This document shows positions 18,518-27,605 of a stretch of 52,373 nt of DNA, in pieces. This DNA is from Pseudomonas phage P7869. Numbering within the stretch: the stretch's first letter is position 1; every line of letters starts with the position of its first letter. The notes under the pieces were generated by a model. The model had not been told where the DNA came from. It saw nothing but the letters and a program-made list of their open reading frames with translations, and did not search any database. The translations under genes were made by a program, and so were the position numbers. The stretch lies in the sequence record PV173770.1; one strand, written 5' to 3'.

Positions 18518-20575
18518 ATGACGACCTACGCCACCGGTAACCCGCTGGGCTCAAAAGACCCGCGTGATTTGTACGACAACGCCGAGAACTTCGACGCGGC
18601 GATGAATGACCGTACGAATGTTGCGTGGAGAGACAGGTTCGGTGTTTCGCGGAAAACCTGGTTTGGCATCGAGGATCAGGTAAACACCTCCCTCGCCCGA
18701 TCTGGGTTCGAGTTGCCACCGTTGCAGTATGTCGATGGTTCCCCGTTGACCGTAGATCGCTCGACCCAGATCATCGAGCGGGGTGGCAATCTTTATAGTG
18801 TAAAACTTCCATCTTCGTTCCCTGTCGTTCTTTCTGGCAATTGGTCTGAAGATGAAGTTTTACTTGTTGTACGTGGCGATCAGTCTCTTCGCCAAGAAAT
18901 AACTAGCACTTCTCCAAGTGAAGGTTCTTCCATCATTGGTAATTCGACCGTCTCTGTTTCTTCTGTCGCTGATATAAAAAATCAGACAAAGAGAGCGGAT
19001 CTCAAACTATCTTTGTCCTCCTATCATCCTCTTGGAAAATCAGGCGGCGGGACCTTCATTTGGAGTCCATCAACTCCAAAGTCTAATCATGATGGAGGAA
19101 CAATTTTTAGTCCAACCGTTCCATGGGATGGTTCTCAGTCAACTCTTTCCGACTACCTAGATGGAGAAGGCGAAACTGACCCTTCTGGATCTGGCTGTTG
19201 GTTAAGGATTTTCGATGAAGTTAAGTTGGAATATTTTGGCGGACTAATAAGTGAGACTATAGATTCTTCAGCATCTTTTTTGGCTGCAATTAAATATTGT
19301 TTGTCAAACAATAAAGAGCTTAATCTTCCAGATGGTGTTGTTCGCCTTAATTCTCCTGCTGTAATTAATGGATCTACCACTCTTTTCTCTTCTGTTAAGA
19401 TTCGAGGAACCTTCAAGACGAGTGGAGTATCTGCTGGGTATGTGGTAAGCCGAGTAGGAAGCCTTATCTATACTGACGGTAACAGCGCTCTAGATATCTC
19501 GTTCAATGACTTCAGGAATGAAAATTTCGATATCCGTGGCGTGGCATTTGTAGATACATCATTCTATCCAGCCGGAACCCCTGTAAATCCAAATCCTGCA
19601 ATCGTTATCAGGAAGGGTAATCCTGACGCAAGTAGTAACAGATACATAACAGGCAACGTTCTTGAGGATGTTGCTTTCGTTAGCTATCAAGACGCTGTGA
19701 AAACTATTGGGGTTGCAACAGGGTTGCCCACCTATAACTACGTTGGTCCAACTTCGTTGAATCGTGTGTATTTCTACAAGTGCGGCACCGCTATGCATCT
19801 ACAGGATTGCACGTACAATCACCTGTTCCTGAACGAGTGCCTACTCTTCGATCTGTCGTCGCAGTCTATTTTCCTGACCAAGACGGTTAGCGGAACTGGC
19901 GGGAACGTAGATGTAACGTTCAGCAACTGTGTATTCGAATCAATTTGGGGGATTATGAATACTGCTAATGGATTGACGTCTTCCACGAAGCGCAACACCG
20001 CAGTTTTCAACTCGTGCAATAGAGAGTTCTGCGGCCTTTATGGACCGACTGGTGGCGGCGGAAACTTCGCAGGAAGCCCGCTTGGGTATATTGGTCATAC
20101 TGATGTAATGATCAATGGCAATTGGGAGAGAGGCCAGGCATTTGGTGAAACTGCCTTGCCAGCGATTGATTCTGGCGCTGTTATTTTTGCGAGCAGGTAC
20201 GTTGATGTTCTCATGAATGGCGGTCAAGTTGGGTCGCCAGAATATGTCAACGTCGTTGACTTTAGCGGAACGATTCCAGCATCTGGCAGCCTGACAAAAA
20301 CTTTCAATGTGAGCGGTTCGTTTGTGTTGAATGCTGACGTCGCCTATGACGACGGGTTTGGCGGGCACCAGAATGTCGTTGCGTATGGCAACCCAACTGG
20401 CTCAAAAGCGAGGGATGTGACAGGGACAATCATCTCTGCTGGCTTGACTGCAACCTACGGCGATGGCCCATCTGGCGCGGCGTTCACGGTAACGTTCAAC
20501 AACGGTACCGCGTCGCCGATCAATGTGAAGATCCGAGTCACGAACAAAGCCGGCCTGATCGTTACTGTTTCATGA
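18518..20575 (+). CDS. Tail fiber / tailspike with beta-helix (pectate-lyase-like) repeats
   Basis: Conserved GC-rich N-terminal anchor [26 protein letters not shown]. The central body is AT-rich and shows beta-helix-like repeats ([11 protein letters not shown]..., [16 protein letters not shown]). Confidence 0.75.
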   Translation: MTTYATGNPLGSKDPRDLYDNAENFDAAMNDRTNVAWRDRFGVSRKTWFGIEDQVNTSLARSGFELPPLQYVDGSPLTVDRSTQIIERGGNLYSVKLPSSFPVVLSGNWSEDEVLLVVRGDQSLRQEITSTSPSEGSSIIGNSTVSVSSVADIKNQTKRADLKLSLSSYHPLGKSGGGTFIWSPSTPKSNHDGGTIFSPTVPWDGSQSTLSDYLDGEGETDPSGSGCWLRIFDEVKLEYFGGLISETIDSSASFLAAIKYCLSNNKELNLPDGVVRLNSPAVINGSTTLFSSVKIRGTFKTSGVSAGYVVSRVGSLIYTDGNSALDISFNDFRNENFDIRGVAFVDTSFYPAGTPVNPNPAIVIRKGNPDASSNRYITGNVLEDVAFVSYQDAVKTIGVATGLPTYNYVGPTSLNRVYFYKCGTAMHLQDCTYNHLFLNECLLFDLSSQSIFLTKTVSGTGGNVDVTFSNCVFESIWGIMNTANGLTSSTKRNTAVFNSCNREFCGLYGPTGGGGNFAGSPLGYIGHTDVMINGNWERGQAFGETALPAIDSGAVIFASRYVDVLMNGGQVGSPEYVNVVDFSGTIPASGSLTKTFNVSGSFVLNADVAYDDGFGGHQNVVAYGNPTGSKARDVTGTIISAGLTATYGDGPSGAAFTVTFNNGTASPINVKIRVTNKAGLIVTVS

Positions 20576-20600
20576 GATGCAGCCCGAGACTCTATGACCA

Positions 20601-20625
20601 GCCCGCACTCTGCGGGCTTTTTTTT
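20601..20625 (+). terminator. Intrinsic terminator (GCCCGCA-ctc-TGCGGGC + T8)
   Basis: Strong hairpin plus poly-T after the tail fiber stop. Confidence 0.7.
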
Positions 20626-20641
20626 GTGCCTGGAGATCAGC

Positions 20642-20728
20642 ATGCCTATCACTGAGCAGCAACTGCTGCAAATCCTCCCGAACGCCGGCGCGATGGCCGG
20701 CGTTAGGTCAGCCACTAGCGGATGCTGA
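20642..20728 (+). pseudogene. 28-codon remnant resembling the N-terminus of a GH19-type endolysin (MPITEQQLLQILPNAG...)
   Basis: Good RBS (GGAGA). The N-terminal 16 aa resemble the conserved start of GH19 phage lysozymes. The frame collapses just before the inserted terminator/RBS module that precedes the GH24 lysin. Confidence 0.3.
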
Positions 20729-20797
20729 AATCAGAATACCCGTGCTGCTGGTGATCCTGGCCGGTAGCTGACCCGAACACCTTTCCGACGAAGATAG

Positions 20798-20815
20798 GCC
20801 CGCCATTGAGCGGGC
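20798..20815 (+). terminator. Hairpin GCCCGC-cattga-GCGGGC (second copy of the junction module)
   Basis: Followed by the same 17-nt TTCGTCGTTTCTGGAGA block seen at 7797-7813. Confidence 0.45.
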
Positions 20816-20839
20816 TTCGTCGTTTCTGGAGACCCGTAA

Positions 20840-21274
20840 ATGCGTACTTCCCAACGAGGCATAGACCTCATCAAATCGTTCGAGGGCCTGCGCTTGTCCG
20901 CCTATCAGGACTCGGTGGGTGTCTGGACCATCGGCTATGGCACTACGCGGGGCGTGACCCGCTACATGACGATCACCGTTGAGCAGGCCGAGCGGATGTT
21001 GGCCAATGACATTCAGCGCTTCGAGCCTGAACTGGACAAGCTGGTGAAAGTGCCACTGAACCAGAACCAGTGGGATGCCCTGATGAGCTTCGTCTATAAC
21101 CTGGGCGCGGCAAATCTTGCGTCGTCCACTCTGCTCAAGCTGCTGAACAAGGGTGACTACCAGGGAGCAGCGGACCAGTTCCCTCGCTGGGTGAATGCGG
21201 GTGGTAAGCGCTTGGAAGGGCTGGTAAAGCGCCGAGCGGCGGAACGTGTCCTGTTCCTGGAGCCGCTGTCGTGA
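20840..21274 (+). CDS. Endolysin, GH24 (T4-lysozyme-like) muramidase, no signal/SAR sequence
   Basis: SFEGLRLSAYQDSVGVWTIGYGTT contains the catalytic E/D/T triad context of GH24. Confidence 0.9.
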   Translation: MRTSQRGIDLIKSFEGLRLSAYQDSVGVWTIGYGTTRGVTRYMTITVEQAERMLANDIQRFEPELDKLVKVPLNQNQWDALMSFVYNLGAANLASSTLLKLLNKGDYQGAADQFPRWVNAGGKRLEGLVKRRAAERVLFLEPLS

Positions 21275-21639
21275 TCTCCGCTCGCGCTTTATCGGTCGCG
21301 CTGGCCTGCCTGGTGCTGGTCGGCCTCGGCACCGCCGGCGGTGTCTGGCTCGGCGCGCGACACTACCGGCCGCAGCTGGATGCCGTGAGCGCGGATCTGG
21401 CTGCCTGCCGTGCCTCCCGGGGAGAGTTGGAGTCCGCAGTGGCAGAGCAGGTCCGGCAGGTTGCCGCGCTGCGCATGGCCGGCGAGCAGCGCGCCCGGGA
21501 TGCCGCGCAGGCTGTGGAGCGGGGGCGGCAGCAGGCCGCGGAGCAGTATGCCGGAGCCCAGCGCCTGCTGAGCCAGCGAACTGCTGGTGATCAGTGCCTG
21601 GCAGCCGAAGTGGTCATCGATCAGGAGTTAGGTCTATGA
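21271..21639 (+). CDS. i-spanin (Rz-like): N-terminal TM plus coiled coil
   Basis: N-terminal TM LSVALACLVLVGLGTAGGVWLG, then Ala/Arg/Gln-rich coiled coil. Directly after the endolysin. Confidence 0.7.
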   Translation: MISARALSVALACLVLVGLGTAGGVWLGARHYRPQLDAVSADLAACRASRGELESAVAEQVRQVAALRMAGEQRARDAAQAVERGRQQAAEQYAGAQRLLSQRTAGDQCLAAEVVIDQELGL

Positions 21640-21899
21640 GGGTGGTGCTGATGCTGGTGGTGTTCGCGCTGGCGGGATGCGCCGGCCAGGTCGAGCCTGA
21701 GCCGCGCACGGTGCGCGTAGAAGTGCCCGTTGCGGTGCCTTGCCGAGTGCCGGCGGTGGAGGTGCCGGCCTGGGCAACCGCTGGGCTGAAGAAGAGCGAC
21801 GATATCCAGACCAAGGTCCGCGCGCTGCTGGCCGAGCGCCGGCAGAGGATAGGTTACGAGGCGCAGCTCCTGGCTGCGAACCGGGCCTGTCAGGATTAG
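21636..21899 (+). CDS. o-spanin (Rz1-like) lipoprotein, separate ORF overlapping i-spanin by 4 nt
   Basis: MRVVLMLVVFALAGC carries the lipobox LAGC. Pro-rich periplasmic segment. Confidence 0.7.
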   Translation: MRVVLMLVVFALAGCAGQVEPEPRTVRVEVPVAVPCRVPAVEVPAWATAGLKKSDDIQTKVRALLAERRQRIGYEAQLLAANRACQD

Positions 21900-21924
21900 G
21901 AGTCGGACCGCTAAATGCCGGGCG

Positions 21925-22195
21925 TGACGGAAACGTGAAGCGCGGAAATGGAAAACGTGAAAAGGAATTTCACGATTGGCACAGTTTAAGTGATTGCGGT
22001 CGGCGTAAACTGTTGTAATATAAGCGCTTCTGAGGTGCGAGACAGGATTTAGGTTCCAGCGCCGCAAGGCGTGAGAGTTCGAGTCTCTCCGTCCGCACCA
22101 CCTTCTAAATCAAGTGTTTACAAGCTTCAGCGGCCCTCCTTGTAGATGCGCTGGATTATCAGCGTGAACAGAACGTGAAATGCGACTTTCACGGA
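21925..22195. other. attP region with arm-type repeats (ACGTGAA / TTTCACG) flanking the core
   Basis: ACGTGAA at 21933, 21955, 22163 (GCGTGAAC) and 22175, and its complement TTTCACG at 21968 and 22187. These bracket a tRNA 3' fragment immediately upstream of int. Confidence 0.6.
22045..22100 (+). other. 3' portion of a type-II tRNA (probably tRNA-Leu, anticodon UAG) = attP core
   Basis: Anticodon arm remnant, long variable arm (CGCC-gcaa-GGCG), T-arm GAGAG-TTCGAGT-CTCTC, acceptor CGTCCGC, discriminator A, CCA. The 5' half is absent. Confidence 0.6.
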
Positions 22196-23219
22196 CTTGA
22201 TCAAGCACCCCAACTGCATCCATTACCCTGGCCGGCGCAAGATGGGCATATCGCTCAGTCATCGCGACTGTAGAGTGTCCAAGCAGATCGCGAACGTCTG
22301 CCAGCGGAACTCCTGCGCTAACCAGCCAGGCCGCACAGGTATGGCGCAGGTCGTGAATCGTAAAGTCTACGATCTTCGCTGCCTGACATGCCTGCTTGAA
22401 ACCTGCCGAAAGAGAGACCACTCGATCACCGTTGGCGCGCGCAAAGACCCAGGGGCATTCTGGGCTTGTCTCGGACCTGAATGCCATTCGTCGCTTTAGT
22501 GCTGCCATCGCCCCTTCGTTGATCGGAATGCTCCGGCGCTTTCCTGCCTTCGTGTGGCTAGCCTCCAGATAGATCAGGCGGTTGGCAAAATCCACTCTGC
22601 GCCACTCCAGACCAAGCATTTCCTCCCGCCGGCATCCGGTGTTCACCGCTAGGCGGATGAAGTCCTCAAGCATCGGGCCAAACTTCTGCCCGCGCGCGGC
22701 TCGGCACAGGCCCTCGACCTCTGCCCTGGTCAGCCAACGATCACGCCCCTCGGCCTCGCGCATCTTCCGTCCCTTTACAGGATTCGGGAGACCCCACTCC
22801 AGTTCGGTGTTGCAATGGTTGATAGCCGCGGATAATGCCGCGAGTTCGCGGTTGATGGTTGCCGGGGATGCGCCGGCGTCCAATCTGTGCGTTCCGTAGC
22901 CCCGGATGTCCTGCCCCCCTAGATCGTTGATCACACGTCCGGCAAAATACTCGCGCAGCGGCTTTATGCGGTGCACGGTCGTTTCGTAGCTGCGCTGATG
23001 CTGGCGAGCGTGTTGCAGATACGGAATGATCACCTCCTCAAAGGTCCTGGGCGGATTCACGCCCATTTCCTTTTCCTTCCACGCTTTCGCGCGTTCCTGT
23101 TGCTCTAGTGCTTTCGCCGCCGAGTAGTCGGCAGTTCCAGAAGAGCGTCTAACAAGCTTTCCTGTTGCTGATTTGAAAGAGATCCACCAGTAGGCGGAGT
23201 CGTTTCTCTTGTACGGCAT
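22110..23219 (-). CDS. int: Tyrosine integrase
   Basis: 369 aa with R...HDLRHT...LGHSTVAMTERYAH catalytic motifs. Adjacent to attP. Confidence 0.9.
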   Translation of the reverse strand: MPYKRNDSAYWWISFKSATGKLVRRSSGTADYSAAKALEQQERAKAWKEKEMGVNPPRTFEEVIIPYLQHARQHQRSYETTVHRIKPLREYFAGRVINDLGGQDIRGYGTHRLDAGASPATINRELAALSAAINHCNTELEWGLPNPVKGRKMREAEGRDRWLTRAEVEGLCRAARGQKFGPMLEDFIRLAVNTGCRREEMLGLEWRRVDFANRLIYLEASHTKAGKRRSIPINEGAMAALKRRMAFRSETSPECPWVFARANGDRVVSLSAGFKQACQAAKIVDFTIHDLRHTCAAWLVSAGVPLADVRDLLGHSTVAMTERYAHLAPARVMDAVGVLDQVRESRISRSVHADNPAHLQGGPLKLVNT

Positions 23220-23419
23220 ACTTCCTCCGGTACGCCGACCGCGTCGCGCATGCTAGCAGCGGCTTCATCTTCAAGCATCTGTTCGAGCTTTTCCTTGTGC
23301 ACCCGGATGGTCTTTTTGAACCTGACCACTGGGATCAGCTTTTCGTCCGCGTAGCGGTACGCGGTCCTGCGGCTCACGCCGAGAATGCCGGCGGCCGCCT
23401 CAACTGAAATCAAAGACAT
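23105..23419 (-). CDS. xis: Excisionase / AlpA-like HTH protein
   Basis: MSLISVEAAAGILGVSRRTAYRYADEKLIPVVRFKKTIRV matches the phage Xis/AlpA HTH family. Its 3' end overlaps the int start by about 115 nt. Confidence 0.55.
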   Translation of the reverse strand: MSLISVEAAAGILGVSRRTAYRYADEKLIPVVRFKKTIRVHKEKLEQMLEDEAAASMRDAVGVPEEVCRTRETTPPTGGSLSNQQQESLLDALLELPTTRRRKH

Positions 23420-23597
23420 AGCGAGACCTTGGCCGATCAACGGCATCGGTTTGGAGGGTAGAATTCGTGCTGGCTTGGCCGGGCAGGGCGCCCGCATCGG
23501 GCAATATGGGGGTTAACTGACCGGTCAGGCCTTCTGGTAGGATTTGAACGCCCAGCCGGGCGGGCCTCAGGAAGAGGCCCTAGTGGGCTCGGCTGGG

Positions 23598-24053
23598 CTA
23601 CTTCGGTTGTTTCTGCTTGTTGCGGCGAGCGATGATCAGTTGCTTGGACGCCGTGGCAACTCCCTTTACAACGTCTTCCGGGAGAAGCGCCTCATTGCAG
23701 TGTGGGCAAAGCGGAGCCATCTTCGTGCTGCGCCACGCTTCGTCGATCACCTTGGCCGCACGGCTGCGGATTGCAAACTGCTCTGCCTCATGCAACTCTC
23801 GGCGGCGCCTGTTCAAGTCCTTCAAGCCGCCGTCGAATACCTGTACCAGGTGCATGAAGGCATCAAACGGCTCGACCTCCGTTTCACAGTCGCTGCACCA
23901 GATGCGGCGCTCCTTGTCGTCGTAGACCATTTTCCTGTGACGGCATGAAGAAACCGGGCGCCTGGTCAATCCACGGGCGACTCGAAGGTCCTCGATCTGG
24001 ACGACCTTTACGCCGTAGAGGTATTCATGGGGTTCAATGGGTGCGTCGCTCAT
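23598..24053 (-). CDS. Hypothetical Cys4 zinc-binding protein
   Basis: 151 aa with paired CxxC/CxxC-like motifs (CRH..CSDC...CPHC). Confidence 0.4.
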   Translation of the reverse strand: MSDAPIEPHEYLYGVKVVQIEDLRVARGLTRRPVSSCRHRKMVYDDKERRIWCSDCETEVEPFDAFMHLVQVFDGGLKDLNRRRRELHEAEQFAIRSRAAKVIDEAWRSTKMAPLCPHCNEALLPEDVVKGVATASKQLIIARRNKQKQPK

Positions 24054-24231
24054 TCAACTCTCCATACCGTTCTGCTTCAATTGGCTGGAAAACCACCATC
24101 GCCCATCGCCATCCATCCCAAGCAGCCTGTGTGTTGCTGTCGAAATATCGAATGTTGCCCTGGTCATCGACGTAGCTAGACAGGTCGAATACGCCGGCCA
24201 TGCGTTTCTCGAATTCCTCCCGTTTCATCAC
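24034..24231 (-). CDS. Hypothetical protein (65 aa)
   Basis: Small ORF in the coupled leftward gene array. Confidence 0.3.
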   Translation of the reverse strand: MMKREEFEKRMAGVFDLSSYVDDQGNIRYFDSNTQAAWDGWRWAMVVFQPIEAERYGELNERRTH

Positions 24232-24560
24232 TCCCCACCTCCCATAGACTTGCCGATCTCGGCGGCGGCGCGAGTGATTGCCATGCGGGTGGCGGCGGCG
24301 CGGAGGCTTTCATCATCGAACTCCTCGACTGCGCAAGTGCGCTCACCTTGGGTGCGCACTGACACCCATGCTCTCTCGTCGGCTGGATGATTGTGATCGA
24401 TCTCCATGCGCAACTTCACCGCCAGCCTCAGCGCGTCGCCGTCGTCATCACGCGGGTTCCAGTAATATTCAACCCCAGTACTGAAATTGATCGGTTCAGC
24501 CAAGACTGGATCAATCCCCGCCGCCCGCGCCGCCAGTTCGAGTAGTTCGCGGTCGTTCAT
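24228..24560 (-). CDS. Hypothetical protein (110 aa)
   Basis: Start and stop coupled to neighbours. No recognisable domain. Confidence 0.4.
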   Translation of the reverse strand: MNDRELLELAARAAGIDPVLAEPINFSTGVEYYWNPRDDDGDALRLAVKLRMEIDHNHPADERAWVSVRTQGERTCAVEEFDDESLRAAATRMAITRAAAEIGKSMGGGE

Positions 24561-25090
24561 TGCTTGGCTCCTTCTATGGCTGCGTCGATTGCAGCGTCGA
24601 GGTGTTCTCCGAATAGATGCGATGTGCGGTTACGAACCACCACAACTCCGCGCTCCTTCTGCCGCAATGCGCGATACCGCGCAGCATCCTTCGCCATGCG
24701 CCGAATCTGCTCTGGAATGCTGACATTGCCGCCGTCTGGAGGGTCCATGTAGTAGGTGCCGGGGAGGGCGCTTGCGCATTGACTAAGCTCTGCCTTCAGC
24801 CGCTCCACCTCGGCAATCAGCCCGAGGATGGCTTTAGGGTTGGCGGCGGCGATGAAGGCTGCGTTCACTCTTCGCTGCTCGTTCATCTCCAGCCTTGTAG
24901 GTGCCGGGTTTTCCTGAGACATGGCAACGCACTGGTCGCCGGACTCGCTTTCAATGTTGAAGATGGCGCCGCTCTGCTGAGCATCCACCACCCAAGGCCC
25001 AGGCGTAGCCCGTTCCGCCAGCTCCTTCAGCTTGTTGGTGTCGGTCATTTGGTGGCTCCTTTGTCCATTGCCTTGATGATCTTCGGCCAC
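24557..25090 (-). CDS. Ead/Ea22-like protein (TPGPW motif)
   Basis: LKELAERATPGPWVVD and NAAFIAAANPKAILGLIAEVERL are shared with the next gene. Confidence 0.45.
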   Translation of the reverse strand: MAEDHQGNGQRSHQMTDTNKLKELAERATPGPWVVDAQQSGAIFNIESESGDQCVAMSQENPAPTRLEMNEQRRVNAAFIAAANPKAILGLIAEVERLKAELSQCASALPGTYYMDPPDGGNVSIPEQIRRMAKDAARYRALRQKERGVVVVRNRTSHLFGEHLDAAIDAAIEGAKQ

Positions 25091-25518
25091 AGGGTGTTGT
25101 CGTTACTGCGCCAGGTTGGATCATCCACTACGGCCTGTAGCGCTCCCCGCAGCGCCTCGTTCTGCGCCCTCAGCCGGTCGCGTTCTTCGGCTCTACGCTT
25201 GGCGGCCTCGCGCCAATACCCACATCCGCCAGGATGCTCGGTGCATGCGGATAACTCGTCGCTCAGCCCGTCGATCTCGTCCAGCAGGGCGAGGACGGTC
25301 TTGGGGTTGTTGGCAGCGATGAACTCAGCGTTGTTGCGCAGCTCATCGTCACGCATCCAGCTTTGTCCGCAGGCCATGGCTATCTGCTGTTGAGCGGCTC
25401 CGTTCGTGAACTCAAGAATCGGCCCTCCGACGATTGCCCAGTGCCGGTTGCAACTCCACGGCCCCGGCGTTGCCGCCTCAGCCACCCTCCGCAGCTCTGC
25501 GTGGTCGGTCATAGCCAT
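25045..25518 (-). CDS. Ead/Ea22-like protein paralog (TPGPW motif)
   Basis: LRRVAEAATPGPWSCN and NAEFIAANNPKTVLALLDEIDGL. Tandem paralog of the previous gene. Confidence 0.45.
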   Translation of the reverse strand: MAMTDHAELRRVAEAATPGPWSCNRHWAIVGGPILEFTNGAAQQQIAMACGQSWMRDDELRNNAEFIAANNPKTVLALLDEIDGLSDELSACTEHPGGCGYWREAAKRRAEERDRLRAQNEALRGALQAVVDDPTWRSNDNTLWPKIIKAMDKGATK

Positions 25519-25730
25519 ACCTCGCTGTTGATGCTTTCCAATATCCTTGCCGTGATTTGCTTTCTCTTCCGTTCGATCTTTTGATGCATTTCGATATGCG
25601 TGTGGTGCTTGCCCTTGAAGATGAATGATGGGGTGATGCCCCGATCATCACGTTTCCACGTAGATTTGTAGGCGTGGAAGTCCTCCAGAGCGCGCTCTAT
25701 GCGCTGCTCAGGTGTTAGCTTTTTGGCCAT
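25509..25730 (-). CDS. Hypothetical protein (73 aa)
   Basis: ORF only. Confidence 0.35.
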   Translation of the reverse strand: MAKKLTPEQRIERALEDFHAYKSTWKRDDRGITPSFIFKGKHHTHIEMHQKIERKRKQITARILESINSEVWL

Positions 25731-26057
25731 TCACTTCACCTCGATTCCGGCTTGCTGGAGGGCTTCTCTCACCAGTTCCAAGCAATCATTGAAACCCTGG
25801 GCTCGACTGTGCGAATACTCGCTAAAGCGGTAGTTGGCATTCGACTCTTCTTTCTCGGAAGGCAACTCCACCCTCAGAGCCGCACGGCTGGCTTGCCAGG
25901 CTTGCCACATCGACGTGTAGCGCGCTGCGACTCCGGCAAGAGCCACGTATACGTGGACGTTATCGGTCTGCACCGGGAAGTAATCGGTGTCACGCCACTC
26001 GATCCCTTCAGGAATCGGGAAGCGGTCTTCAAATTCCTGTCTCATTGCTTGCTCCAT
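25731..26057 (-). CDS. Hypothetical protein (about 108 aa; start refined to MEQAM with AGGAG RBS)
   Basis: The longer ORF-track N-terminus is low-complexity, so the internal ATG with a strong RBS is preferred. Confidence 0.4.
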   Translation of the reverse strand: MEQAMRQEFEDRFPIPEGIEWRDTDYFPVQTDNVHVYVALAGVAARYTSMWQAWQASRAALRVELPSEKEESNANYRFSEYSHSRAQGFNDCLELVREALQQAGIEVK

Positions 26058-26279
26058 CTGCTCAACTCCTGTCCTTTCAGTTCTGTCTGCTCGTAGAGGT
26101 TCTGGAAGTCCCCGACTATCCGGAAGATGCCGAAGACGATCAGCGCGATGACCAGTAGCGCGACCAGGGTTTCGTTTTCGTTGTCCACGGTTGGTCCTCC
26201 GGGGGTCGGATACGGTTGGGTTCGTTGCTGGGTGTCGATGCTGGAATCCCGGCATCGGAGGAAAATCAAAAGCTTGCGA

Positions 26280-26696
26280 CTATGCCTGATCGCTCAGCAG
26301 GGCGCGGAGTTCCAGGAACAGGCGAGCGTCATCGTTCACCGGCTGAGTCTCTGGCGGGTATGTTTGATCGAACTCAGCTCGAAGATCGAGTTGAGACCTG
26401 ATTCGCTCCAGCAACTCCCGCGGAACCACCACATGGCCTTCTTCTGAGCCGTTTCGGCGTTCTACATACTCCGTCAGAGCCTCGGCTAACATGTCGCCAA
26501 ACTCATCCTGAAGCTCTTCAGGATTCTCCATGTAGACGATACGGCCCCAACCCCGAACACGGAGAACCTGGTCCCCATCGACGTGATTGTCAGCCACCAT
26601 GTTTTGCTTTGCGTCCCAGATGTAACCGCCGAAACTGTCGTAGAAGAACGGTGGTGTATAGAGCGCCAAGGCGCGCTTGCGAAGTTCTTCAGCCAT
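26280..26696 (-). CDS. Hypothetical protein (138 aa)
   Basis: ORF only. Confidence 0.4.
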   Translation of the reverse strand: MAEELRKRALALYTPPFFYDSFGGYIWDAKQNMVADNHVDGDQVLRVRGWGRIVYMENPEELQDEFGDMLAEALTEYVERRNGSEEGHVVVPRELLERIRSQLDLRAEFDQTYPPETQPVNDDARLFLELRALLSDQA

Positions 26697-27093
26697 TGCC
26701 GTTCTCCTTGTCCTGGTTGAGCAGGGCGCGGAGTTCTTCGATTACCTCCGAAGGTTCAGGGATGCGCTGATCGCTGAAAGCTCTGCAATCGCCGAAGCAC
26801 TGCCACGAGATTACTTGGCCAAGCCTCCGCAACAGCTCCTCGCTGACCGTCATGCCGTTGAGGCGCGATTGAGCTTCCAGCGCTACCTGAATGTTCTCGG
26901 GACTTGTGAATAACCGCTCACGAGCATCGAGCGCCGCGTACACCGTGCTCGCATCAGGTAGAACCACCACCCTTGCGCGCAGGGCTGCCAGTTCTTCCAT
27001 CGCCTTGATGGCGACGCGCTGCTGGCTGTCTCGCTCATCCCTGAGCGCCTGGGCCTCGGCTCGCAGCTTGGCATCATGTTCTTCTTCGGTCAT
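26689..27093 (-). CDS. Hypothetical protein (134 aa), coiled-coil N-terminus
   Basis: ORF only. Confidence 0.4.
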   Translation of the reverse strand: MTEEEHDAKLRAEAQALRDERDSQQRVAIKAMEELAALRARVVVLPDASTVYAALDARERLFTSPENIQVALEAQSRLNGMTVSEELLRRLGQVISWQCFGDCRAFSDQRIPEPSEVIEELRALLNQDKENGNG

Positions 27094-27605
27094 GGCTGTT
27101 CACCTATCTGCATTTCACTAGGCACTTTCGCCCAATTGAAGCCTTTGTGATTTGGGGATTTCCCGTTTATGGAGTTGTAAATGTTTCCGTTATTAAATCC
27201 ACTCTTAACGGCTTGATTGATGGATACGAAGAAATATCCAACCGATCCGTCTATGGGCATTGCGACTACCTTGGTGGACTCTCTAAGAAGCCCCATCTTT
27301 TTTGCATGATTTAGATTTTCCAAGCGCGTAACCCATTCTAGATTTGAGTGATGATTATTTAGCTTATCTCCGTCTATGTGATTTACTTCTAGCGACTCGA
27401 AGGCCTTATCTAGGAACGCCAAGGCCACAATTTTGTGGACCGTGGTGTTCTTCTGCCTGCCATTGGCGCACAGACCTACTGACATGTATCCGCTAGTATT
27501 GGGGAATTGCTTTTTGATCTTTTTGCGTATAACCCCGATGACTTCGCCATGCTCTGATACTCGGTATAGTCCTTCATAACCAACCACTTCGCGCCATTCA
27601 GTCAT
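27090..27605 (-). CDS. HNH homing endonuclease (NUMOD4 + HNH_3)
   Basis: WREVVGYEGLYRVSEHGEV is the NUMOD4 motif. HIDGDKLNNHHSNLEWVTRLENLNHA is the HNH motif. The gene body is conspicuously AT-rich compared with its flanks. Confidence 0.65.
   Translation of the reverse strand: MTEWREVVGYEGLYRVSEHGEVIGVIRKKIKKQFPNTSGYMSVGLCANGRQKNTTVHKIVALAFLDKAFESLEVNHIDGDKLNNHHSNLEWVTRLENLNHAKKMGLLRESTKVVAMPIDGSVGYFFVSINQAVKSGFNNGNIYNSINGKSPNHKGFNWAKVPSEMQIGEQP

Noticed and set aside
21246-21590. 114-aa Arg/Ala-rich plus ORF overlapping the i-spanin
   Set aside because: Alternative frame of a GC-rich gene. It has no RBS, and the i-spanin frame has the expected TM plus coiled-coil architecture.
23480-23570. 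tRNA-like GGATTTGAAC string between xis and the next gene
   Set aside because: The flanking sequence does not form T-stem or acceptor pairing. A coincidental match.
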